Shown: one piece after another, positions 44,532 through 52,830 of the stretch | Numbering within the stretch: position 1 is the first letter of the stretch | Layout of the letters: each line of letters begins with the position of its first letter | DNA from: Bacilli bacterium | GTDB lineage: Bacteria > Bacillota_I > Bacilli_A > RFN20 > UBA1709 | DNA: 64,000 nt | Assembly (NCBI GenBank): GCA_034115825.1 | Contig: JAXESU010000002.1 | Coordinates: 538,233-602,232, forward strand | Direction of reading: 5' to 3' | Translations under genes and position numbers: made by a program | Notes under the pieces: generated by a model | What the model was told of the DNA's origin: nothing | The model's database searches: none | The model's input: only the letters and a program-made list of their open reading frames with translations

Positions 44532-45104
44532 ATGTTTCAAACAATAAATTTTGATATTATTTTTGCAATTGTATTGATAACTTTACTAATTTGTTCAGTT
44601 TTTAAAAATAGCCGTAAAATTAAGGTTAATTTTGTACTAATGTTTTTTAGTTTATTAATCGTGGGGTGCTTAAGTTATTTTAAAGCAATCGATTATTTGG
44701 TTTTGCATTTTGGTAACTTTTTTAATAAAGTAATTGGCTATATACCAGATAGTCTAGTTAACGAAAATACATATGGTATTTTGTATTACATAATTCTTTT
44801 ACTATCTACTTTAGTTATATTCGGTTTTTTTAAACTACTAGGACTTCTAATAAGAACAGAGAATTATCGTTATAAAGAAGATCCTACTTATGTAACTTTA
44901 CATTCACCTGTTAGTGCAATATTTGTTACTTTTTTCAAATGTTTAATAATTATGTATTTGTTTGTTACTTTAATAGTTCTTTTAAATCCAATTTTACAAT
45001 TTGATTTTGCAAATTCATATGTAATTGAAGCATTTAATCGTTATGATGTTTTAGTTAAATATTTATTGGATAAAGGGAATTCCATTTTTATGTCATTGAT
45101 TTAA
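44532..45104 (+). CDS. membrane protein, possibly CvpA-like
   Basis: Promoter TTACAA-16-TATAAT at 44487-44515; 4 TM helices; no further motif. Confidence 0.45.
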   Translation: MFQTINFDIIFAIVLITLLICSVFKNSRKIKVNFVLMFFSLLIVGCLSYFKAIDYLVLHFGNFFNKVIGYIPDSLVNENTYGILYYIILLLSTLVIFGFFKLLGLLIRTENYRYKEDPTYVTLHSPVSAIFVTFFKCLIIMYLFVTLIVLLNPILQFDFANSYVIEAFNRYDVLVKYLLDKGNSIFMSLI

Positions 45105-45117
45105 GGAGGTATTAATC

Positions 45118-46182
45118 ATGAGAGAGTATGATAAAGTTGCTTTATTGTTCGAGATGTTAATTGATACCGATTTAGCATCAGTTAATCGAAAAATTACTGA
45201 AATTAAAATGAGTAAGGAATACAATAGATTGTCTGAAGCAATTGTTGCGTTATCGACTACAGAATCAATGAAAGATGTTGTTCGACGTTATAATAAATTA
45301 GATATAGAAGGTATATTGACTTTTGAACGTGCTTTAGAAGTTGAAAAAGAAATTAAAGAATTAGATAAGAGAATTGGTTTTTTAGGAAATTTCAATCCAT
45401 ATTTAGTAAATGAAGATAATGCTCGACAATATGGTATAAAAACTGTTGGGGATGTTAGCGTTGAAGTATCTGCCAATAATATGAAAGTGAATGATTTTAC
45501 AACTAAAGAAGGTGTTACGACTAATCATCGTCGTAAAATAATGAAAATTAAAGCATTCAACTGGTATAAAGAAGCTAAAAAAGCAGTATACTTAATTATT
45601 GAAAATACTAAATTGTATTTAACAAGAATTCGAAAGTCAAAAGTTAGATTTAAAAGCTTAGGACTAGAATTTATTATATTAAGTCTTTTATTATGTGCTA
45701 GTTTAGGGTTAACCTTCTTTTCAAAAAATATGGAGGCATTCAGATTAGGTGCCCTTAATAATTCAATGATGATCCTTGGGTTAGTTAGTTTGTATACGTT
45801 ATTAATCTCGTTTATGTTTGTCTCTATTATTAGAGTCCATTATCGTTATTATGGATTTAGAATGGCTTCTAAGATGCGAAAAAATTTAAAATATCAACAA
45901 CAAGTAATTCGTGAATTAGATGAATGTTCAATAAAGTTCGAACGTGATTTAATTTCACAAGTTAGAAAACCTCGAAAAGTTAAAACATCGCTTGTTTCAA
46001 CGGGTATCTTAAATGAAAAAAATAATTTATCATTTAATGAAGTATTCGAATATATGTATAGTGAAAAAGAGTATTATTATTCAAAACATAAGACAGTATT
46101 AGTCCTAAGTAATATATTCTTTATGATTGGCGTTTTAGCAGCAGTAATATTAATATCTTTACCATTAATTATTGCATTATAG
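45118..46182 (+). CDS. hypothetical membrane-associated protein (soluble N-terminal domain, 3 central TM helices, C-terminal TM)
   Basis: AAGGAGG RBS; no recognisable motif. Confidence 0.55.
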   Translation: MREYDKVALLFEMLIDTDLASVNRKITEIKMSKEYNRLSEAIVALSTTESMKDVVRRYNKLDIEGILTFERALEVEKEIKELDKRIGFLGNFNPYLVNEDNARQYGIKTVGDVSVEVSANNMKVNDFTTKEGVTTNHRRKIMKIKAFNWYKEAKKAVYLIIENTKLYLTRIRKSKVRFKSLGLEFIILSLLLCASLGLTFFSKNMEAFRLGALNNSMMILGLVSLYTLLISFMFVSIIRVHYRYYGFRMASKMRKNLKYQQQVIRELDECSIKFERDLISQVRKPRKVKTSLVSTGILNEKNNLSFNEVFEYMYSEKEYYYSKHKTVLVLSNIFFMIGVLAAVILISLPLIIAL

Positions 46183-46194
46183 GAGGACGATTTT

Positions 46195-46911
46195 ATGGAA
46201 ACATTGAATAAAATGCTAGAAGATTTAATTAATAAAGGTAGTTATTTTGTTGATGAAGATAATAAAATTGTTCTTACACGTGAGCATTTAGGCGAAACTC
46301 TAGCAGGTAATTATGAAGCTAGCATAATGGCTTTACAAGATGGCAATTTATTAAAAGCTTTTAAAGCTTGTGATTTAGATGCATATAATTATTTAAATGA
46401 ATTACAAAGTAAAGATTTAGATTTATCACTTGTTTTATTTCATTTACAATATTTCTTAAACAAAAATTTACCTTTATCATTTAAAGAGACTGTTTTTAAA
46501 GATTTAAAATCATTTGGGCAATTACTATTTGATAATAGAATTGATGATTATATTATTGAAGAAATTTTAAAAAATCAAATAACAAGTAAATATTTAAAAA
46601 TAAAAGGCATTGATGAAGTTAGTAAAGTAATGTTTGATAATATTGTTTTAGCCGAAAATTTAGTTAATGAACAATTTGAAGTTGCAAAAAAATTAGTTGC
46701 ATATGCACTTTTAGAGAAAGAAGATTATACTTATGCTTCTAAGAAATTTAATAGCATTGAAGAGTTATATGATTTCTTATTGCAAAAGAAAAAATTAATG
46801 CGTTTTTCAAAAACATTTAAAGAAGATTATAATTTCATGGCTTGGATAATTTATTTAGGAAAATATGATTTAGTTAAATTATGGAGCGAAAGAATCCAAT
46901 ATTTTGATTAG
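46195..46911 (+). CDS. hypothetical soluble protein (238 aa)
   Basis: GGAGGA RBS; alpha-helical; no motif recognised. Confidence 0.55.
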   Translation: METLNKMLEDLINKGSYFVDEDNKIVLTREHLGETLAGNYEASIMALQDGNLLKAFKACDLDAYNYLNELQSKDLDLSLVLFHLQYFLNKNLPLSFKETVFKDLKSFGQLLFDNRIDDYIIEEILKNQITSKYLKIKGIDEVSKVMFDNIVLAENLVNEQFEVAKKLVAYALLEKEDYTYASKKFNSIEELYDFLLQKKKLMRFSKTFKEDYNFMAWIIYLGKYDLVKLWSERIQYFD

Positions 46912-46932
46912 GTTAGAGAGGATGTTTTACAC

Positions 46933-48627
46933 ATGAAAGAATTAGAAAATTATAATTTATGGTTAAGCAAAAGTGATTTAGATAAAGATCTTCGTGAAGC
47001 AATGCAAAAGATGAGTGAAGATGAGATTTATGATGCTTTTTATTGCAATCTTGAATTCGGTACGGCCGGTATTCGTGGCGTTTTAGGCCCTGGAACAAAT
47101 AGAATGAATAAATATGTTGTTCGTAAAGCTAGTTATGCTTTTGGTCAATATGTTTTAAAATATGTGAATAATGCTAAATCTCGAGGTGTTGTTATTGCTC
47201 ATGATAATCGTCATATGTCTCGTGAATTTTGCATTGAAACTGCAAGAGTTTTATTAACATTAGGTGTTAAGGCTTATATCTTTGATTCTTTAAGACCTAC
47301 TCCTGAACTTTCGTTCGCTGTTAGAGATTTAAATTGTGCTGGTGGTGTAGTTATTACGGCTTCGCACAATCCTAGACAATATAATGGATTTAAGGTCTAT
47401 GATGAACATGGATGTCAATTAGTACCTCATTTAATTGATAAGTTATTAGAATTTTATAATGGTGTTCATAATGTTTTTGATGTTAAAGTCGATTTAACTG
47501 TTGATGATAGTATCATTACTTTAGATCATTCTTTAGATTTACGTTATTATGAAGCAGTTGATAAAATTAGACTAAATCGCAATCTTAAAACAAAAGATTT
47601 CACAGTCGTATATACTCCTGAACATGGTACGGGATTAAAGGGTGTTGAATATTTATTATTGAATCAAGGTTATAACTTACATTTAGTTAAAGAGCAATGC
47701 AGTCCTGATCCGGATTTTTCAAATACTAAATCACCTAACCCAGAAGAGAAAGGGGCATTTGAAAAAGCTATTGAACTTGCCAAAAAAGTTAAAGCTGATT
47801 TAATAATTGCTACAGATCCAGATGCAGATCGTTTAGGTGTTGTAGAACTTCATAATGATGAACCTGTATATTTTACTGGTAATCAAACAGGTGCAATGTT
47901 AATTGAATATATTATTAATTCACATAAGCAAAATGGCACTTTCAAGGATAATTATGTTGTTTTTAATACAATTGTTACATCTTCTTTAGGTGCTAAAATT
48001 GCATTGGCCTCGGGAGTAGATGTTAAATCAACACTTACCGGTTTTAAATTTATCGGTGAGCAAATTGATATTCTTAAAAAAGAAGATAAACAAAGATTTT
48101 TATTCGGTTATGAAGAATCATATGGTTATTTAATTTCTTCAATTTGCCGTGATAAAGATGCATTACAAGCATCAACATTAATATGTGAAATGGCATGTTA
48201 TTATAAAGAACAAGGTTTAACATTAAAAGATGTTCTTCACAATATATATGAAAAATATGGCTATTTCTATGATAAAGTAAAATCAATTTCATTTAGTGGT
48301 GAACAAGGTTTACAAAAAATCAAAGATATTCTTCAATATTTTAGAAAATCAAAATTAAAACGTTTAGGTGACATGAATGTAATGTATCTAGAAGATTACT
48401 TGTACAGTGTCAAAGAAGGAAATCATGAAAAATACTTATTAACTTTACCTAAGTCAAATGTTTTACGTTATATCTTTAGTGATGGTAGTTTTGTTGCTAT
48501 ACGTCCAAGTGGTACTGAGCCTAAATGTAAATTCTATTTTAATGTAATTGGAAACAATAAAGAAGATGCATTACAAAAAGGCTTGTCACTTGAAAAGTTT
48601 ATTGATGATCTTGTAAAAACAATATAA
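46933..48627 (+). CDS. pgcA: phospho-sugar mutase (alpha-phosphoglucomutase / phosphomannomutase family)
   Basis: Active-site ITASHNPRQYNGFK, metal loop ATDPDADR, sugar-binding GYEESYG. Confidence 0.85.
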   Translation: MKELENYNLWLSKSDLDKDLREAMQKMSEDEIYDAFYCNLEFGTAGIRGVLGPGTNRMNKYVVRKASYAFGQYVLKYVNNAKSRGVVIAHDNRHMSREFCIETARVLLTLGVKAYIFDSLRPTPELSFAVRDLNCAGGVVITASHNPRQYNGFKVYDEHGCQLVPHLIDKLLEFYNGVHNVFDVKVDLTVDDSIITLDHSLDLRYYEAVDKIRLNRNLKTKDFTVVYTPEHGTGLKGVEYLLLNQGYNLHLVKEQCSPDPDFSNTKSPNPEEKGAFEKAIELAKKVKADLIIATDPDADRLGVVELHNDEPVYFTGNQTGAMLIEYIINSHKQNGTFKDNYVVFNTIVTSSLGAKIALASGVDVKSTLTGFKFIGEQIDILKKEDKQRFLFGYEESYGYLISSICRDKDALQASTLICEMACYYKEQGLTLKDVLHNIYEKYGYFYDKVKSISFSGEQGLQKIKDILQYFRKSKLKRLGDMNVMYLEDYLYSVKEGNHEKYLLTLPKSNVLRYIFSDGSFVAIRPSGTEPKCKFYFNVIGNNKEDALQKGLSLEKFIDDLVKTI

Positions 48628-48656
48628 AAAGAGTGGATATTTTCCACTCTTTTTTA
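48627..48656. terminator. bidirectional terminator between pgcA and trpS
   Basis: aaaaAGAGTGG-atatttt-CCACTCT-ttttt. Confidence 0.7.
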
Positions 48657-49643
48657 ATAATTAAATCCAATTTTATTATAAACTTTTAATAATTTTTTGT
48701 GTGCAATATAAGAAGCTTTTGCTGCTCCTTCTTTAAGGATGTCATATATTATTTTTGATTGTTTGATATCATTATATTTTTTTTGGATTTCAGTTAATAA
48801 ATTATAAACGATATCACCTAAATCTTTTTTAAAAGTACCATAATTACTATCAACATATTTTTTTTCTACTTCGTCAATTGAAAGATTAGTTAATGCACTA
48901 TAAATAGAAATTAAATTGGAAATACCCGGTTTATTAATAACATCATATTTAATATGGCAATCAGAATCGGTTACCGCAGACATAATCTTTTTTCTAGCAA
49001 TATTAGGATCATCTAATAAATAAATACAACCTTTATCTAGTTCATCATCACTTTTTGACATTTTTTTTGATGGGTCTTGTAGTGACATAATTCGACTACC
49101 TGTTTTACTAGTAAGGGGCTTTGGAATTTTAAAAGTTTCTCCATATTTGGCATTAAATCTTTCGGCTAAATCACGTGTTAGCTCAACGTGTTGTTTTTGA
49201 TCATCACCAACAGGTATATAATCAGGATCATAAAGAAGAATATCGGCTGCCATTAAACATGGATAAGTAAACAATCCTACAGTATGACTTCCATTCGGAT
49301 TTTTAGCGATTTTATCTTTATATTGAGTCATTCTATTTAATTCACCCATGTAAGCATTACAATTCATTATGAATCCTAAATTAGCATGTTCTAAAACATC
49401 TGTTTGAACAAATAGCGTAGTTTTGTTGGGATCAAGACCACAAGCAACATAAAGCATTGCTAAATCTAAAGTGTTTCTTTTTAATTCTAGTTTATCTTGT
49501 GGAACAGTAATTGCATGCATATTGGCAATGAAAATAAATAGTTCATATTCATCTTGATATTTGACAAAATTTCTAATAGCTCCTATATAATTTCCTAAAG
49601 TGACTTTTCCTGATGGCTTAATACCCGATAACATTCTTTCCAT
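48654..49643 (-). CDS. trpS: tryptophan--tRNA ligase
   Basis: HIGH-like SGIKPSGKVTLGNYIGA at the N-terminus, KMSKS present; GGAGGA RBS. Confidence 0.9.
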   Translation of the reverse strand: MERMLSGIKPSGKVTLGNYIGAIRNFVKYQDEYELFIFIANMHAITVPQDKLELKRNTLDLAMLYVACGLDPNKTTLFVQTDVLEHANLGFIMNCNAYMGELNRMTQYKDKIAKNPNGSHTVGLFTYPCLMAADILLYDPDYIPVGDDQKQHVELTRDLAERFNAKYGETFKIPKPLTSKTGSRIMSLQDPSKKMSKSDDELDKGCIYLLDDPNIARKKIMSAVTDSDCHIKYDVINKPGISNLISIYSALTNLSIDEVEKKYVDSNYGTFKKDLGDIVYNLLTEIQKKYNDIKQSKIIYDILKEGAAKASYIAHKKLLKVYNKIGFNY

Positions 49644-49850
49644 AAAATCATCCTCCTAAACAATAAAAAAAGCACCTTTTTAAAGGGACGATTAATCTCG
49701 TGGTGCCACCCTAATTGATACTCTTGTTTCTTTAACGCAGAATTTACGATCAAGTTAATTAAACATCCATTTTGATAATTAAATTGTAATAGTTTTCATC
49801 AACCACTATTTTTCTAGAAGCGAATTTAATATCTACTCTTGTTTATTGAT
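49644..49850 (-). ncRNA. T-box riboswitch leader of trpS
   Basis: Minus-strand leader contains the F-box GCGTTA and the T-box AATTAGGGTGGCACCACG (plus 49699-49716). A terminator hairpin GCACC..GGTGC plus TTTTTTT lies directly upstream of the RBS. UGG candidates in stem I are AAUAGUGGUUG and AAAAUGGAUG. Driven by TTGACA-16-TATAAT (plus 49857-49884). Confidence 0.8.
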
Positions 49851-49878
49851 ATATTAATTATAGTTAATATATTTAATT

Positions 49879-49899
49879 TGTCAAGGTTAACCTTGTAAG
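49879..49899. promoter_or_regulatory. 14-bp perfect palindrome CAAGGTTAACCTTG sitting between and overlapping the -35 boxes of the divergent trpS and spx promoters
   Basis: Plus 49882-49895. TGTCAA (trpS -35, minus) at 49879-49884; TTGTAA-17-TAATAT (spx, plus) starts at 49894. Confidence 0.45.
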
Positions 49900-49938
49900 A
49901 ACACTAAAAACGTTGTAATATATTAATAGGTGATAATT

Positions 49939-50373
49939 ATGATTAGAGTATATACTTCTCCTTCTTGCTCATCATGTCGCAAAGTGAAGGAATTTTTAAA
50001 GAAAGAAAATATTGAGTTTGTAGAAAAAAATATATTTGCGTCAGTTTTAAATGAAGATGACTTAAAAGACATTTTAGCTAAATCGGAAAATGGTGTTGAT
50101 GATATTATTTCAAAGCGTTCAAAAATTATTAAAGAGAGTAATGTTAATATTGATGATATGAAATTACCTGAATTGATCGACTTTATTAGACATAATCCAA
50201 CGGTATTAAAACGTCCAATTATTGTTAATGATCGTCTTATTCAAGTTGGTTATAATAATGAAGAAATTCGTGTCTTTTTACCAAAAGAGTTGAAATGCTT
50301 AATTAATGACAATTGTAGTCCAAATTGTCCCGGATATGCTAAATGTAGTCAAGAAAAAGATTGGCCTAAATAA
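49939..50373 (+). CDS. spx: Spx/ArsC-family global regulator with a Cys-rich C-terminal extension
   Basis: AGGTGA lies 6 nt before ATG 49939. MIRVYTSPSCSSCRKVKEFL...RPIIVNDRLIQVGYNNEEIRVFLPKEL is a near-canonical Spx core with the CxxC switch. It carries an extra tail KCLINDNCSPNCPGYAKCSQEKDWPK. Confidence 0.8.
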   Translation: MIRVYTSPSCSSCRKVKEFLKKENIEFVEKNIFASVLNEDDLKDILAKSENGVDDIISKRSKIIKESNVNIDDMKLPELIDFIRHNPTVLKRPIIVNDRLIQVGYNNEEIRVFLPKELKCLINDNCSPNCPGYAKCSQEKDWPK

Positions 50374-50407
50374 AAAACTCGTGTTATTCACGAGTTTTAT
50401 TTTTTGC
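50374..50407. terminator. bidirectional terminator between spx and the CYTH gene
   Basis: aaaaAACTCGTG-ttatt-CACGAGTT-ttatttttt. Confidence 0.75.
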
Positions 50408-50971
50408 CTCTATACATCGTTTAATTTTAGAATAGCCTTTATGAAAAGAAGTAATATTTATTTGCTTAAATAATGTATTTAAATCATTATAAGCATCTTC
50501 TAAATTTGTATTAACTTCGTATTCGATCTCATAATCAACTATATTTAAATAAGAAGATTCATCGAAGAATAGTTCACCATTTTTATATGGAATAGTGGCT
50601 CTTTTTGTTGTTAGACTAGCGATGAAGTGTAAGTCCTTCAAGGAAAGATTTAAATTATGTAGTACATTTTCTAATTCTTTAATTTCAACATTATCGTTTT
50701 TAAGAAGCTTATTAAAGGTAGTTTTATCAATTGCTATATTTGTTTCAAGAAGGCCTTCTTTATAAGGAATCTTTGTAGTTGCTTCATATGTATTATCTGG
50801 TAATAATCTTACTCTCATTGCCGCATGATGATTAATTAAATCATAATTAATAGTATCAAAATAATAATTTGTTTGGATGAAGTAGGAATCAATTTTAAAA
50901 TGGTTAACAAGTTTAAGATAATCATTTTTATCAATTAAATATTTTGCTTCAATTTCTAAATTTTTTGCCAT
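50384..50971 (-). CDS. CYTH-domain protein (YjbK-like triphosphatase/adenylate-cyclase fold)
   Basis: N-terminal EIEAKYLI (ExExK motif); approx. 190 aa. Confidence 0.75.
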   Translation of the reverse strand: MAKNLEIEAKYLIDKNDYLKLVNHFKIDSYFIQTNYYFDTINYDLINHHAAMRVRLLPDNTYEATTKIPYKEGLLETNIAIDKTTFNKLLKNDNVEIKELENVLHNLNLSLKDLHFIASLTTKRATIPYKNGELFFDESSYLNIVDYEIEYEVNTNLEDAYNDLNTLFKQINITSFHKGYSKIKRCIEAKNKTRE

Positions 50972-51034
50972 TTATATATCACTCCTTATTTATATATGAT
51001 ACAATAATAAAAGTAATTTAGAAAGGGTGAAGTT

Positions 51035-51832
51035 ATGAAAAGATTTTATATTATTGCTAAAACGGATAATTTCTCTCAAAGTATATATCGTACATTGCGT
51101 GATAAATTAATTGCTGCTAGTTTAATTGAAGATAAATATAATCCTGAACTTTTAATTGTATGTGGTGGAGATGGTAAAGTTTTAAGAAGTATTCATCATT
51201 ATCTTAGAACAATTGATAAAATTAAAATTATGTCGATATTAACAGGAACATTAGGTTTTTCAAGTGATTTTCTTCCAAATGAATTAGAAGAATTAGTTAA
51301 CAATATTAAAAATGATAATTATTTTGTCGAACAACATAATTTGTTAAAAATTTGCGTAAATAAGAATCGCGGAAATAGTGAAGTGTATTATGCCTTAAAC
51401 GAATTTAGAGTTGAAAATCGTTTTAGAACATGTGTGGTCGATGTTTATTTAAACAATAATTTATTCGAAACGTTTAGGGGTAATGGCTTAATTGTATCAA
51501 CTTCTTTTGGCTCAACAGCATATAATCGTTCACTTGGAGGAGCGATAGTTTCCCCATCTTTAAAAGTTATGCAATTAACAGAAATTGCTGGTATTCATCA
51601 TAATTCATATCGCTCATTAAATTCACCTTTAATTTTAGATAAAGATACAATTATAAAATTTAAGGTTTATGAAACCAAAAAATGTATTCTTGGTTTAGAT
51701 CATCTAATTTTAAATAATGATTTTGTTAATGATATTGAGATAAGTTTAAGCGATAAACAAGTTTCATTCATCCATTATAAAAATATTACATTCATTGATC
51801 GTTTAAAGAAAGCATATATTGTTGAAAAATAA
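51035..51832 (+). CDS. nadK: NAD kinase
   Basis: LLIVCGGDGKVLRS (GGDG), NEFRVEN, STSFGSTAYNRSLGG. Confidence 0.85.
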   Translation: MKRFYIIAKTDNFSQSIYRTLRDKLIAASLIEDKYNPELLIVCGGDGKVLRSIHHYLRTIDKIKIMSILTGTLGFSSDFLPNELEELVNNIKNDNYFVEQHNLLKICVNKNRGNSEVYYALNEFRVENRFRTCVVDVYLNNNLFETFRGNGLIVSTSFGSTAYNRSLGGAIVSPSLKVMQLTEIAGIHHNSYRSLNSPLILDKDTIIKFKVYETKKCILGLDHLILNNDFVNDIEISLSDKQVSFIHYKNITFIDRLKKAYIVEK

Positions 51833-51841
51833 AAGACATTG

Positions 51842-52273
51842 TTAATCAATGTCTTTTTTCATCATGATATGTTCAATATTTGCATCCATGAAAATATCTC
51901 CATCACATTTATAGCCGAGTTTTTCATAGAAACATTTTATATAGTATTGGGCACCTAGTTCAATATGTTTAATTTTACTTTCTTTTAATATTTTTTCAAG
52001 ATGAGTTATAAGAGCTGTTCCAAGGTGATGACGACGATATTCTTTTAAAACACAGACTCTACCAACGTGAGCTGTGTCTTTTGATGGGAAGAGAACACGT
52101 AAAGTGGCACAAGGAATATTTTCATAAAATAATAATAAATGAAGGGCGTCACAATCATATCCATCCATTTCAAGTTCGAGGGGAACATTTTGCTCTTCGA
52201 TAAAAACTTTAGTTCTAATATCGAGACATTTTTCAAAATCATCTTGGGAATTAACTTCAATAATTTTAATCAT
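51842..52273 (-). CDS. GNAT family N-acetyltransferase
   Basis: 143 aa; RVCVLKEYRRHHLGTALI (acetyl-CoA-binding motif). Confidence 0.8.
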   Translation of the reverse strand: MIKIIEVNSQDDFEKCLDIRTKVFIEEQNVPLELEMDGYDCDALHLLLFYENIPCATLRVLFPSKDTAHVGRVCVLKEYRRHHLGTALITHLEKILKESKIKHIELGAQYYIKCFYEKLGYKCDGDIFMDANIEHIMMKKDID

Positions 52274-52830
52274 AATTTTACTCCTAATTTAATTAATGAT
52301 TCATAAACTAAATTTACTGGAAGGCCGACAATAGTAAAATAATCTCCATTTATTTTTTTAATGAATTTTGAACCTAGTCCTTGAATAGCATAAGCTCCTG
52401 CTTTATCAAATGGTTCAAGTGAATTTATATAGTCATCAATTTCTTGATCATTTAATTTTTTAAAATACACTTTGGCTTTCTTGGCTAGGCATATTTTTTT
52501 CTTTTTTGATAAAATTGTTAATCCAGTTATAACCTCATGTGTAGAATTACTAAGTAATGTTAGCATTCTTTTAGCATCATCAATATTTTTGGGCTTTCCC
52601 AAAATTTGATTATTTATACATACAATAGTATCTGAACCTATTATAATATCGTTTGGGTAATTTTTTTGGACTGTTAATGCCTTATAATATGAAAGTAATT
52701 TCACTAATTGAAGAGGATTTTTTTCATCAATGAGAGATTCATCAAAATTTGATTCACATATAATAAAATCTTTTGTAATTAGTGATAGAAGTTCTTTTCT
52801 TCTTGGAGATTTACTTGCTAATACTATCAT
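52270..52830 (-). CDS. maf: Maf-like nucleoside triphosphate pyrophosphatase
   Basis: MIVLASKSPRRKELL..., GSDTIV, GKP motifs. Confidence 0.85.
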   Translation of the reverse strand: MIVLASKSPRRKELLSLITKDFIICESNFDESLIDEKNPLQLVKLLSYYKALTVQKNYPNDIIIGSDTIVCINNQILGKPKNIDDAKRMLTLLSNSTHEVITGLTILSKKKKICLAKKAKVYFKKLNDQEIDDYINSLEPFDKAGAYAIQGLGSKFIKKINGDYFTIVGLPVNLVYESLIKLGVKL

